Assembly (NCBI GenBank): GCA_965655095.1
Contig: OZ296656.1
Span: forward strand, 14,322,001 to 14,386,000
Length of the DNA: 64,000 nucleotides
Source: Haplodiscus bocki
Taxonomy: Eukaryota
Reading direction: 5' to 3'
Every line of letters starts with the position of its first letter. Position 1 is the stretch's first letter. The translations under genes were made by a program, and so were the position numbers. Below, piece after piece: positions 10,985 to 23,100 of the stretch. The notes beneath the pieces were generated by a model. That model was not told the origin of the DNA, did no database searches, and was given only the letters and a program-made list of their open reading frames with translations.

Positions 10985-12939
10985 TTGGTAACTCGATCTG
11001 AAACAGTCAACAGCTGCTTTAAATCCCATTCTGCTCTACAGTTTTGTGTCCTTTCGTGTCAGAGCTTCACAAACGAAGCCACACCGGAGGAAAAATCGAA
11101 GAAGATTGCGCTGTAAAATCGGTTCTCAAATTCCTCAATCCTTGATAAGAAAGCAAAATCAACCAGAACAGGCACATTTTTCTTTCTACACTGAAAACAA
11201 ATACGAAGATTCGGAATCAAACCGATACAGCTGATGGCCCAAGATCCAACAACTACGCTGATTACAATCGAAGATTAAAAAAATTAAATCATAGACCAAA
11301 AAAACCAACGGGCGAAATTGGAAAATTCAATACTCGATGGTTACTTGAACTCGAGATTGCATGATTGGCAGAACAAACTCAAATTCGGAACTGAAACGAT
11401 CAGAGAACACCGTTCTGAAAAAAAACCTTGCAATCATGTCTCTACTCTACCATAGTTTGGAAACGAATAGTTGTCCACAAGATTTGTTCTGGTTCTCTTT
11501 CAAGTTCGAAGTGTAAAACAGAAATGCAAAATTGAGGCCCTTACGTGGTTGTGAAACTAGGTCTTTGAAAATGCTTGCAGACGTGAGAACATTCTGGCGG
11601 CGTGGCAGGAACCATTTCGTCAGGGGAAAAAATCAGAAGTGTAGATACTTCTCAGCGCCTTGCACCAATGCATAATTCAGTTTCAGTCAGCGGAAAAGAA
11701 ACACTGGAACTGTTAACTGCACTGCATGATGAAATGCAGCTTGATTTTAGCGGAAAATTACCGTAAAAAGATAATATTTGGGATTTCACATCAGTTGATT
11801 GACTCGGCATTTGGCCCATGGCTGAATTATGCGATACACAAGAAGTGGAAAACCTGCTAGTTTTTCGGAAACGTACATGGCGCTCGATGAAATCCTTTTT
11901 TTCCTTGACTGACTAACTGAAACAAACTGACGAAAAAGGCAGAAAAAAACAATAAAAACCTGCGAAATGTCATCAAGGCAACCAAAGAAAGAAAAGGCCA
12001 TATTTAGGCTCGGAAACAATGCGAACTGCAAGCCACACACGAATATGGAAAACAACGTTTTGAAGTACACTTTCGGCGTGAGCATACATACAGAAAATAC
12101 TCAATAGCACCAAAATGGGCGGGGATTGGGTGAGAAATCATTTGTTGACAGCCAACAGACAATTAACAGCAAGATTGTCAACTAACGGGCCAACGTTGAT
12201 GAAAACTCACACTGGAAACTTTGTCCCATGTGCTGCTGTACTTGTGCTAAAAAAGGCTCGGGAAAACCATAACGACTGAGCTAAAATTCATTGAATAAGT
12301 GACTAAAATTATCGGGTTTATCGACTTTTCACGAGGAACAACGGATAACTGCAGATTACACAAAAAAACTGATTCAAACTGTTTTCAATTCCTGCAGATG
12401 AATTGGACGCGAAACAGTGAGAATTCAACCATTTCTCCGAACAGAAAACGTCAAACTTGTAAACCTCTCGCAACAGAAAAAATAAAGGCCAAGATTTGCA
12501 ACAAGTTCTCAATACCAATCGAAGATGAATCGGGAGAAGGAAACGGCAAAGTGTCTGAAAATGTGAAGCCGGTTTCTTTCCGGGCTCTCAATATCGGGTA
12601 GAGAGCGACATACAGTTCAACGGGAGAAGTCAACGCTTGCGGAGCCAAAGACTGATTGACCAACTGAATGGCAACACATTCGTCAATATATACGGAAAAA
12701 TTCCAGTTGTCAAATCTAGAGCAACTTGTTGTTCCAACAAACAACATGCAAGTACCTGTCTCCTGATGAAAGGAACGTAGTCTACATTTATTAGAGGTCA
12801 TTTGGTGATGTATTCAGAGTAACGCTCACAGACAAGCTTTAAACTAACAGTAAATCGATTAGTAGAACGGACAGGTTGTATCACGTAACCTGTGACTGCT
12901 AATGTTCAATGTAATTTTCCATCGTAATTTGATGGAAGA

Positions 12940-13320
12940 AAATTGTTTTCCCGGTATGTAGACTTCTTTCATGATTTTTTTTGATTCGGATTAGACATGT
13001 AAACGTTCGGAAAAAATTTGATCAACCTCAAAATGTTCCTGTTGAGAAGTGGAACTCAGTTTTGATAACACTGCTGAGTTTATTCTGCCTAAAGTTTGAA
13101 AAATGTTATAGTGTCCCTCCCCCAATATTTCGTCTGGAAACAAAGAATCGAATTTCAAAAATCCTGCCAGAAACGTGCCGATAAATTTTGAACAATTTTT
13201 GTTCAAAGTTGGAAGAAATCATAAAAATGATCTTTTTTCAAAGAATTTTTCAAAGCAAATTATTTTTCTGCACACTTAGAAAGGAACCTTGACAACCCTG
13301 CCGAAAAAAAACCTTGCCTT
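12940..13320 (+). repeat. Degenerate AT-rich repeat remnants, ~95-135 bp spacing
   Basis: Related motifs TTTTGATAACACTGCTGAG (~13060), TTTCAAAAATCCTGCCAGAA (~13153), CTTGACAACCCTGCCGAA (~13288). Confidence 0.35.
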
Positions 13321-13400
13321 GCTCCAATTCCAAAATATTTTCGCTCGGAATCGGATTTTTTAAACTTCTTTCAATTTTCCTTCGCATTTGGTACTTTTAG

Positions 13401-14106
13401 GTACACTGGCTCCGTCGAAAATGAATTAAAATTCTTCAAGTATCAAGGGCTCCCCTCTTTCCACCGGTTTTTCTACCTTTACAAGAGGGACATTCCTTGT
13501 TACAATTCGCTCTAAATCAATATAGGGGAGAAAAGAGGCTCTGGAGAATATCTGCGATACATTTTCGGAAGTTTGAGCGATCAACTGGGAAGTAATCTGG
13601 CATCAGTCTATTTTTTTGTCAATAATCAATATGACTGGATCATAGAGGAATATCAAAAAGCAACAGTAGAATGGCACTATGCACAAACTTAAAATCCTTG
13701 TGCAGGTGCTGACATTATACGAAACGCGAGAAAACAAGATTCCCGGAAGTTACAGCTTCTTCTAAACAAAAAAGGTTGTTTTTGGAAAATTCCTCTAATC
13801 GGAGCAATTTTTTCTTGCATAAGTTGTTTCCAACAATTAAGCTCAAGGTTGTTGGGCTCTGTGGGGTTTAGTGGGGATTGGGGAGTGCTGCAACCATGCA
13901 ACATGATTAAGCCATAAAACATTTATCCAACTGTCTTTGATATGGATTTAGAACTTTCTGAAAGTTCCGTCAAATTGCAATCCCAAAATCAAAAAGTTTT
14001 CCTTCCGGTACGGTTAGAAGCAAAGTATAAAGCGTGGTCTATCTAAACAGCACTCGGATCTTGGAAAAAAACTGAATTAAATGTGTCAAACTTCTTCTGC
14101 TCGTAG
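13401..14106 (+). pseudogene. Decayed protein-coding segment of unknown identity leading into the tandem array
   Basis: After a pyrimidine-rich TTTTAG| at 13400 one frame runs ~234 codons (YTGSVENELKFFKYQGLPSFHRFFYLYKRDIPC...DWIIEEYQKATVEWHYAQT...) with only 4 stops, all TAA (13513, 13690, 13915, 14044); my rough composition-based expectation is ~15. Confidence 0.5.
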
Positions 14107-17100
14107 GACAAATTGTACATGGGAATAATTAAATTGCAAGTCACTTGTATTCGGAGCGCATAGGACGGACCTTAAGCGAGGCCTGAAGATTTTAAGGGAA
14201 CCTTTGGAAGAATTACTAAGATCAACCAGTCACACTAGAGCACGATTCAAAATTTTGGAAGAAACAAGCACACAAAAAGGGATTTTTGAACAGCATCCGA
14301 ATATGTAATCAAGGAAGCAAAAGTTTACCAAGGAAAGTACCCCAGAAGATTTTTGATATGCGATTGGTTTTTTTGAGACGCAATTTGGATGAGTAAACTT
14401 TGATTTTAGTAGAGATTATTCCTTAAGACCAATTCTGCATTATTAACAAGTGAATCGCACCGTAGGTTACCGGGAAGAAGCTGTGTTTAAAGTTCAAAGT
14501 CCTCAAAAAATCTCATCTTTTGTTCTCAAATTAACCCAAGAAGTCGAAATACTTCGGAACCTTCTTGCCTCAAATGTCAATCATCCGAATTTACGACAGT
14601 TATTTCAAAAAACAAAATGAGCAATACATAAGTACATTCAAAAAATGCTAGACAAATTTGACACTCTGAACCTAAACTGATCATTTTCATAATTTCGTGT
14701 GAACTGCAGGTGTAGATTCTGATGACTGTCGAGCTAAATAGGATGGTTTGAAAGAAGTTCCCCTTGAATATTCACCGGAGATAACTATCGCGGGAGCTTC
14801 AATTTTCGAACAAGTATCATTTTTTGGGTCGACCGAAAAAGCAAACAAACGTACCCGGGTCTTGCTTGCTATATTTGTTAACAAAATTGGGTGAAGCGCC
14901 GAATAAAAAAGCCGAACTGCTGGATTTTTTCCCGAAAAAATCAAATTTCAAAAGATGTGACGAGTCCACATTCACTAATCTGATCTACACATTCTCTGTT
15001 GTTGTGTCTCAAACTTATGCTATAGGAAAGAATGTATCAGAGTGATTCTCTATCCAAAAAGAAAGAGAGGAAAAAAAACGACGAGTTCAGAAGAGAAAAG
15101 AACCACGTTGAAGTCATGAAAAATTCCAGGAACAAATATTTACGGAGAACAGTTACATATGTGATTCATTTGTTCAATATGCACGGTTACAATAACCCCA
15201 AACAATTAAGATTTCTTTACTGTAAGTTGAAAAAGAAAGAAATAAACAGGAATTGAAAGTGTTCTGGTACAACTTTTGGTCACCTAAGCTCCTAGATTAC
15301 CTTCAAAGAAATTCTAAGGCACCAAGATCGACTGCCTGTATCGCGTTACAATAAATCTTCAATTTTAGAAAAGGCGCTTTTTAATAATCCAAAAGATTAA
15401 CGTAAAACTGAAACTAAGCCTGAAATGTTTCGATGACAAACGAAAGCCCGGAAAATTTAAAGTTCTCAGTTTACTACTCAAAAATATTAGCACAACTTGT
15501 TTATTTGCTATTTAAGCTTCGTTTAAGAGATCCACGAGATGACAAAGGAAGTTAAATTTCCTTGTCACACAGGTCGGAAGGGACATTGCAACAACCCAGG
15601 ACAAAGACAAATTCATCTTCCGAAAATGACGAGTCTTCGGGACAAGTTTGTCGATGAAACGGAAATGGTAAAGGTAATTATTAAATGCTGGCCGTCGCTA
15701 GAGTGGAGTGATTAAATTGGTGGGAACCTCGAGTTTTTCAGTTGGAGCCGCACAATTTCAATAATAAATTTTACAACAACAAAAAAATATCTTTCGCCAT
15801 GCTTAGCGGGGTTTTTCCATTGGCTACATGACCTGCATGCACGATCACGTCACCTAGACCCGTAACCAAATGGGGCATAAACACCCAGTGCAAATCCGTA
15901 AAGTTTAGTTGATCGCTCCTGCTCACTTGCGTACTTAACCGATGTTAAACTCTTTTCCACTCAGTTCTGATTTCAATTTTTGAAAATTCTTCTCTGATTT
16001 TAGGCGAATTAAAATCACCGATTTCAAATTTACCTCACTTCAGAATTATTCTAAGACCTTTCCGAAAATTGTCTTGTCCGCAATTCAACAATACTGCTTC
16101 TGAATTAACTTAAGACTTTTCCGAAACTTGTGTTAGCCATAATTCATTTTTTAAGATAAAGTGTACATGGGAATATTTAAATTGCAAGTCACTTGTATTC
16201 GGAGTGCATAGGAAGGACATTAAGCGAGGCCTGAAGATTTTAAGGGAACCTTTGGAGGAATTATTAAGATCAACCAGTCACACTCTAGCATGAATCAAAC
16301 TTTTGGAAGAAACAAGCACACAAAAATGGATTTTTGAACAGCATCCGAATATGTAATCAATGAAGCACAAGTTTAACAAGGAAAGTTCCCCAGAAGATTT
16401 TTGATATGCGATTGGTTTTTTTGAGACGCAATTTGGATGAGTAAACTTTGATTTTAGTAGAGATTATTCCTTAAGACCAATTCTGCGTTATTAACAAGTG
16501 AATCGCACAGTAGGTTACCGGGAAGAAGCTGTGTTTAAAGTTCAAAGTCCTCAAAAAATCTCATCTTTTGTTCTCGAATTAACCCAAGATGACGAAATAC
16601 TTCGGAACCTTCTTGCCTCAAATGTCAATCATCCGAATTTACGACAGTTATTTCAAAAGACAAAATGAGCAATACATAAGTACATTCAAAAACTGCTAGA
16701 CAAATTTGACACTCTGAACCTAAACTGATCATTTTCATAATTTGGTGTGAACTGCAGGTGTAGATTCTGATGACTGTCGAGCTAAATAGGATGGTTTGAA
16801 AGAAGTTCCCCTTGAATATTCACCGGAGATAACTATCGCGGGAGCTTCAAATTTCGAACAAGTATCATCTTTTGGGTCAATCGAAAAAGCAAACAAACGT
16901 ACCCGGGTCTTGCATGCTATTTTTGTTAACAAAATTGGGTGAAGCGCCGAATAAAAAAGCCGAACTGCTGGATTTTTTCCCGAAAAAATCAGAATTTCAA
17001 AAGATGTGACGAGTCCACATTCACGAATCTGATCTACACAATCTCCGTTGTTGTGTCTCAACCTTTTGCTATAGGAAAGAAAAAAGAAAATATCAGAGTG

Positions 17101-20100
17101 ATTCTCTATCCAAAAAGAAAGAGAGGAAAGGAAGACGAGTTCAGAAGAGAAAAGATCCACGTTGAAGTTATGAAAAATTCCAGGAACAAATATTTACGGA
17201 GAACAGTTATATATGTGATTCATTTGTTCAATATGCACTGTTAAAATAACCCCAAACAATTAGGATTTCTTTACTGTAAGTTGAAAAAGAAAGAAAGAAA
17301 CAGGAAGTGAAAGTGTTCTGGTACAACTTTTGGTCACCTAATCTCCTAGATTACCTTCAAATAAATTCTAAAGCACCAAGTTCGACTGCCTGTATCGCGT
17401 TACACTAATTGCTCAATCTTAGAAAAGGCGCTTTTTATTAATCCAAAACTTAACCTAAAACTGAAACTAAGCTCGAAATGTTTCGATGACAAACGAAAGC
17501 TTCAAAAACTTAAATTTCTGTTTACTACACAAAAAGATTAGCACAACTTGTTTATTCGCTTTTTAAGCTTCGTTTAAGAAATCCACGAGATGACAAAGGA
17601 AGTTGAATTTCCTTGTCTCACAAGTTGGAAGGGACATTGCAACACCCGAGGGCAAAGACAAATTCATCTTCCAAGAATGACAAGTGATCGGGACAAATTT
17701 GTCGATGAAACGGAATTGGTAAAGGTAAATATTAAATGCTGGCCGTCGCTACAGTAGAGTGATTAAATTGATGGGAACCTCGAGTTTTTCAGTTGGAGTT
17801 GCACAATTTCACTATTAAATTTCACAACAACGAAAAATTATATTTTGCCATGCTTAGCGGGTTTTTTCCATTGGCTACATGACCTGCATGCACGATCACG
17901 TCACCTAGACTCGTAACCAAATGGGGCATAAACACCCAGTGCAAATCCGTAAAGTTTAGTTGATCGCTCCTGCTCACTTGCGTACTTAACCGATGTTAAA
18001 CTCTTTTCCTCTCAGTTCTCACTTCAATTTTTGAAAAATCTTCTCTGATTTTAGGCGAGTTAAAATCACCCATTTCAAATTTACCTCACTTCAGAATTAT
18101 TCTAAGACCTTTCCGAAAATTGTCTTGTCCGCAATTCAACAACACTGCTTCTGAATTAACTTAAGACTTTTCCGAAACTTGTGTTAGCCATAATTCATTT
18201 TTTAAGATAAAGTGTACATGGGAATATTTAAATTGCAAGTCACTTGTATTCGGAGCGCATAGGAAGGACCTTAAGCGAGGCCTGAAGATTTTAAGGGAAC
18301 CTTTGGAGGAATTACTAAGATCAACCAGTCACACTATAGCACGATTCAAAATTTTGGTAGAAACAAGCACACAAAAAGGCATTTTTGAACAGCATCCGAA
18401 TATATAAACAATGAAGCAAAAGTTTACCAAGGAAAGTTCCCCAGAAGATTTTTGATATGCGATTGGTTTTTTTGAGACGCAATATGAATGAGTAAACTTT
18501 GATTTTAGTAGAGATTATTCCTTAAGACCAATTCTGCATTATTAACAAGTGAATTGCACCGTAGGTTACCGGGAAGAAGCTGTGTTTAAAGTTCAAAGTC
18601 CTCAAAAAATCTCATCTTTTGTTCTCAAATTAACCCAATATGTCGAAATACTTCGGAACCTTCTTGCCTCAAATGTCAATCATCGGAATTTACGACAGTT
18701 ATTTCAAAAAACAAAATGAGCAATACATAAGTACATTCAAGAAATGCTAGACAAATGTGACACTCTGAACCTAAACTGATCATTTTGATAATTTGGTGTG
18801 AACTGCAGGTGTCGATTCTGATGACTGTCAAGCTCAATAGGATGGTTTGAAAGAAGTTCTCGTTGATTATTCACCGGAGATAACTATCGCGGAAGCTTCA
18901 AATTTCGAACAAGTATCACTTTTTGGGTCAATCAAAAAGCAAACAAACATTGACGGGTCTTGCATGCTATTTTTGTTAACAAAATTGGGTGAAGCACCGA
19001 ATAAAAAAGCCAAACTGCAGGATTTTTTCCCGAAAAAATCAGAATTTCAAAAGATGTGACGATTCCACATTCACTAATCTGATCTACACAATCTCCGTTG
19101 TTGTGTCTCAACCTTATACTATAGGAAAGAAAGTATCAGAGTGATTCTCTATCCAAAAAGAAAGAGAGGAAAGAAAGACGAGTTCAGAAGAGAAAAGATC
19201 CACGTTGAAGTTATGAAAAAATTCCAGGAACAAAGGTTTACGGAGAACAGTTATATATGTGATTCATTTGTTCAATATGCACGGTTACAATAACCCCAAA
19301 CAATTAAGATTTCTTTCCTGTAAGTTGAAAAAGAAAGAAATAAACAGGAAGTGAAATTGTTCTGGTACAAGTTTTGTTCACCTAAGCTCCTAGATTACCT
19401 TTAAATAAATTCTAAAGCACCAAGATCGACTGCCTGTATCGCGTTACAGTAAATGCTCAATTTTAGAAAAGGCGCTTTTTATTAATACAAAAATTAACCT
19501 AAAACTGAAACTAAGCTCGAAATGTTTCGATGACAAACGAAAGCCCGGAAAAATTAAAAAGCGCAGTTTACTACTCGAAAAGATTAGCACAACTTGTTTA
19601 TTTGCTATTTAAGCTTCATTTAAGAGATCCACGAGATGACAAAGGAAGTTGAATTTCCTTGTCTCACAAGTTGGAAGGGACATTGCAACACCCCAGGGCA
19701 AAGACAAATTCATCTTCCAAAAATGACGAGTGATCGGGACAAATTTGTCGATGAAACGGAAATGGTAAAGATATTTAATAAATGCTGGCCGTCGCTACAG
19801 TGGAGTGATTAAATTGATGGAAAGCTCGAATTTTTCAGTTGGAGTTGCACAATTTCACTATTAAAGTTTACAACAACCAAAAAAATATATTTCGCCTTGC
19901 TTGGCGGGTTTTTCCCATTGGCTACAAGACATGCATGCTCGATCATTTGACCTAAACACGTAACCAAAAGGGGCATAAATACCCAATGCGCAGCCATAAA
20001 GTTTAGTTGATCGCTCCTGCTCACTTGCGTACTTAACCGATGTTAAACTCTTTTCCTCTCAGTTCTCACTTCAATTTTTGAAAAATCTTCTCTGATTTTA

Positions 20101-23100
20101 GGCGAGTTAAAATCACCCATTTCAAATTTACCTCACTTCAGAATTATTCTAAGACCTTTCCGAAAATTGTCTTGTCCGCAATTCAACAACACTGCTTCTG
20201 AATTAACTTAAGACTTTTCCGAAACTTGTGTTAGCCATAATTCATTTTTTAAGATAAAGTGTACATGGCAATATTTAAATTGCAAGTCACTTGTATTCGG
20301 AGCGCATAGGAAGGACCTTAAGCGAGGCCTGAAGATTTTAAGGGAACCTTTGGAGGAATTACTAAGATCAACCAGTCACACTATAGCACGATTCAAAATT
20401 TTGGTAGAAACAAGCACACAAAAAGGCATTTTTGAACAGCATCCGAATATATAAACAATGAAGCAAAAGTTTACCAAGGAAAGTTCCCCAGAAGATTTTT
20501 GATATGCGATTGGTTTTTTTGAGACGCAATATGAATGAGTAAACTTTGATTTTAGTAGAGATTATTCCTTAAGACCAATTCTGCATTATTAACAAGTGAA
20601 TTGCACCGTAGGTTACCGGGAAGAAGCTGTGTTTAAAGTTCAAAGTCCTCAAAAAATCTCATCTTTTGTTCTCAAATTAACCCAATATGTCGAAATACTT
20701 CGGAACCTTCTTGCCTCAAATGTCAATCATCGGAATTTACGACAGTTATTTCAAAAAACAAAATGAGCAATACATAAGTACATTCAAGAAATGCTAGACA
20801 AATTTGACACTCTGAACCTAAACTGATCATTTTGATAATTTGGTGTGAACTGCAGGTGTCGATTCTGATGACTGTCAAGCTCAATAGGATGGTTTGAAAG
20901 AAGTTCTCGTTGATTATTCACCGGAGATAACTATCGCGGAAGCTTCAAATTTCGAACAAGTATCACTTTTTGGGTCAATCGAAAAAGCAAACAAACATTG
21001 ACGGGTCTTGCATGCTATTTTTGTTAACAAAATTGGGTGAAGCACCGAATAAAAAAGCCAAACTGCAGGATTTTTTCCCGAAAAAATCAGAATTTCAAAA
21101 GATGTGACGATTCCACATTCACTAATCTGATCTACACAATCTCCGTTGTTGTGTCTCAACCTTATACTATAGGAAAGAAAGTATCAGAGTGATTCTCTAT
21201 CCAAAAAGAAAGAGAGGAAAGAAAGACGAGTTCAGAAGAGAAAAGATCCACGTTGAAGTTATGAAAAAATTCCAGGAACAAAGGTTTACGGAGAACAGTT
21301 ATATATGTGATTCATTTGTTCAATATGCACGGTTACAATAACCCCAAACAATTAAGATTTCTTTCCTGTAAGTTGAAAAAGAAAGAAATAAACAGGAAGT
21401 GAAATTGTTCTGGTACAAGTTTTGTTCACCTAAGCTCCTAGATTACCTTTAAATAAATTCTAAAGCACCAAGATCGACTGCCTGTATCGCGTTACAGTAA
21501 ATGCTCAATTTTAGAAAAGGCGCTTTTTATTAATACAAAAATTAACCTAAAACTGAAACTAAGCTCGAAATGTTTCGATGACAAACGAAAGCCCGGAAAA
21601 ATTAAAAAGCGCAGTTTACTACTCGAAAAGATTAGCACAACTTGTTTATTTGCTATTTAAGCTTCATTTAAGAGATCCACGAGATGACAAAGGAAGTTGA
21701 ATTTCCTTGTCTCACAAGTTGGAAGGGACATTGCAACACCCCAGGGCAAAGACAAATTCATCTTCCAAAAATGACGAGTGATCGGGACAAATTTGTCGAT
21801 GAAACGGAAATGGTAAAGATATTTAATAAATGCTGGCCGTCGCTACAGTGGAGTGATTAAATTGATGGAAAGCTCGAATTTTTCAGTTGGAGTTGCACAA
21901 TTTCACTATTAAAGTTTACAACAACCAAAAAAATATATTTCGCCTTGCTTGGCGGGTTTTTCCCATTGGCTACAAGACATGCATGCTCGATCATTTGACC
22001 TAAACACGTAACCAAAAGGGGCATAAATACCCAATGCGCAGCCATAAAGTTTAGTTGATCGCTCCTGCTCACTTGCGTACTTAACCGATGTTTAACTCTC
22101 TTCCACTCAGTTCTCACTTCAATTTTTGAATTTTCTTCTCTGTTTTTAGGCGAGTTAAAATTACCCATTTCAAATTTACCTCACTTCAGAATTATTCTAA
22201 GACCTTTCCGAAAATTGTCTTGTCCGCAATTCAACAATACTGCTTCTGAATTAACTTAAGACTTTTCCGAAACTTGTCTTAGCCATAATTCAACCTGGTA
22301 AGACGAAGTGTACATGGGAATACTTAAATTTCAATTCACTTGTATTCGGAGCGCATAGGAAGGACCTTAAGCGGGGCCTGAAGATTTTAAGGGAACCTTT
22401 GGTGGATTTACTAAGATCAACCAGTCACACTATAGCACGATTCAAAATTTTGGAAGAAACAAGCACTTAAAAATGGATTTTTGAACAGCATCCCAATATG
22501 TAATCATTGAAGCAAAAGTTTACCAAGGAAAGTTCCTCAGACGATTTTTGTTATGCGATTGGTTTTTTTGAGACGCAATTTGGATTAGTTGACTTTGATT
22601 GTAGTTGAGATTATTCCTTAAAACCAATTCTGTAATACTAACAAGTGAATAGCACCGTAGGTTACCGGGAGGAAGCTAGGTTTAAAGTTCAACGTCCTCA
22701 AAAAACCTCATCTTTTGTGCTCATAAAAACCCAAGATGTCGAAATACTTCAGAACCTTCTTGCCTCACCTGTCAATCATCGGAATTTACGACAGTTATTT
22801 CAAAAAACAAAATGAGCAATACATAAGTACGTTAAAAAAATGCTAGACAATTTTGACACTCTGAACCTAAACTGATCATTTTCATAATTTGGTGTGAACT
22901 GCAGGTGTAAATTCTGATGACTGTCGCGCTAAATAGGATGGTTTGAAAGAAGTTCTCCTTGAATATTAACCGGATATAATTATCGCGGGAGCTTCAAATT
23001 TTGAACAAGTATCATTTTTTGGGTCAATCGAAAAAGCAAACAAATGTACCCGCGTCTTGCATGATATTTTTGTTAACAAAATTGGGTGAAGCACCGAATA

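Noticed and set aside
12451-12801. 116-aa minus ORF with CRLRSFHQETGTCMLF, faintly like a PAN/apple Cys pattern
   Set aside because: Only two matching cysteines, an in-frame stop just upstream and no supporting exon structure; would need an HMM hit.
14200-14230. CCTTTGG...CTAAGATCAA resembling the 5' end of U2 snRNA
   Set aside because: Lacks the GTGTAGTA branch-pairing sequence and the rest of U2.
14700-14762. Hammerhead ribozyme candidate (CTGATGA...GAAA) in each unit
   Set aside because: Stem II does not close next to GAAA, no stem I or UH cleavage site can be formed, and GAAA is GAAG in units 21-23.
22290-22456. Spliced-leader RNA gene (GTAAG donor plus AATTTTGG Sm-like site)
   Set aside because: The two motifs are ~147 nt apart, the donor is missing from many units, and units are too variable.
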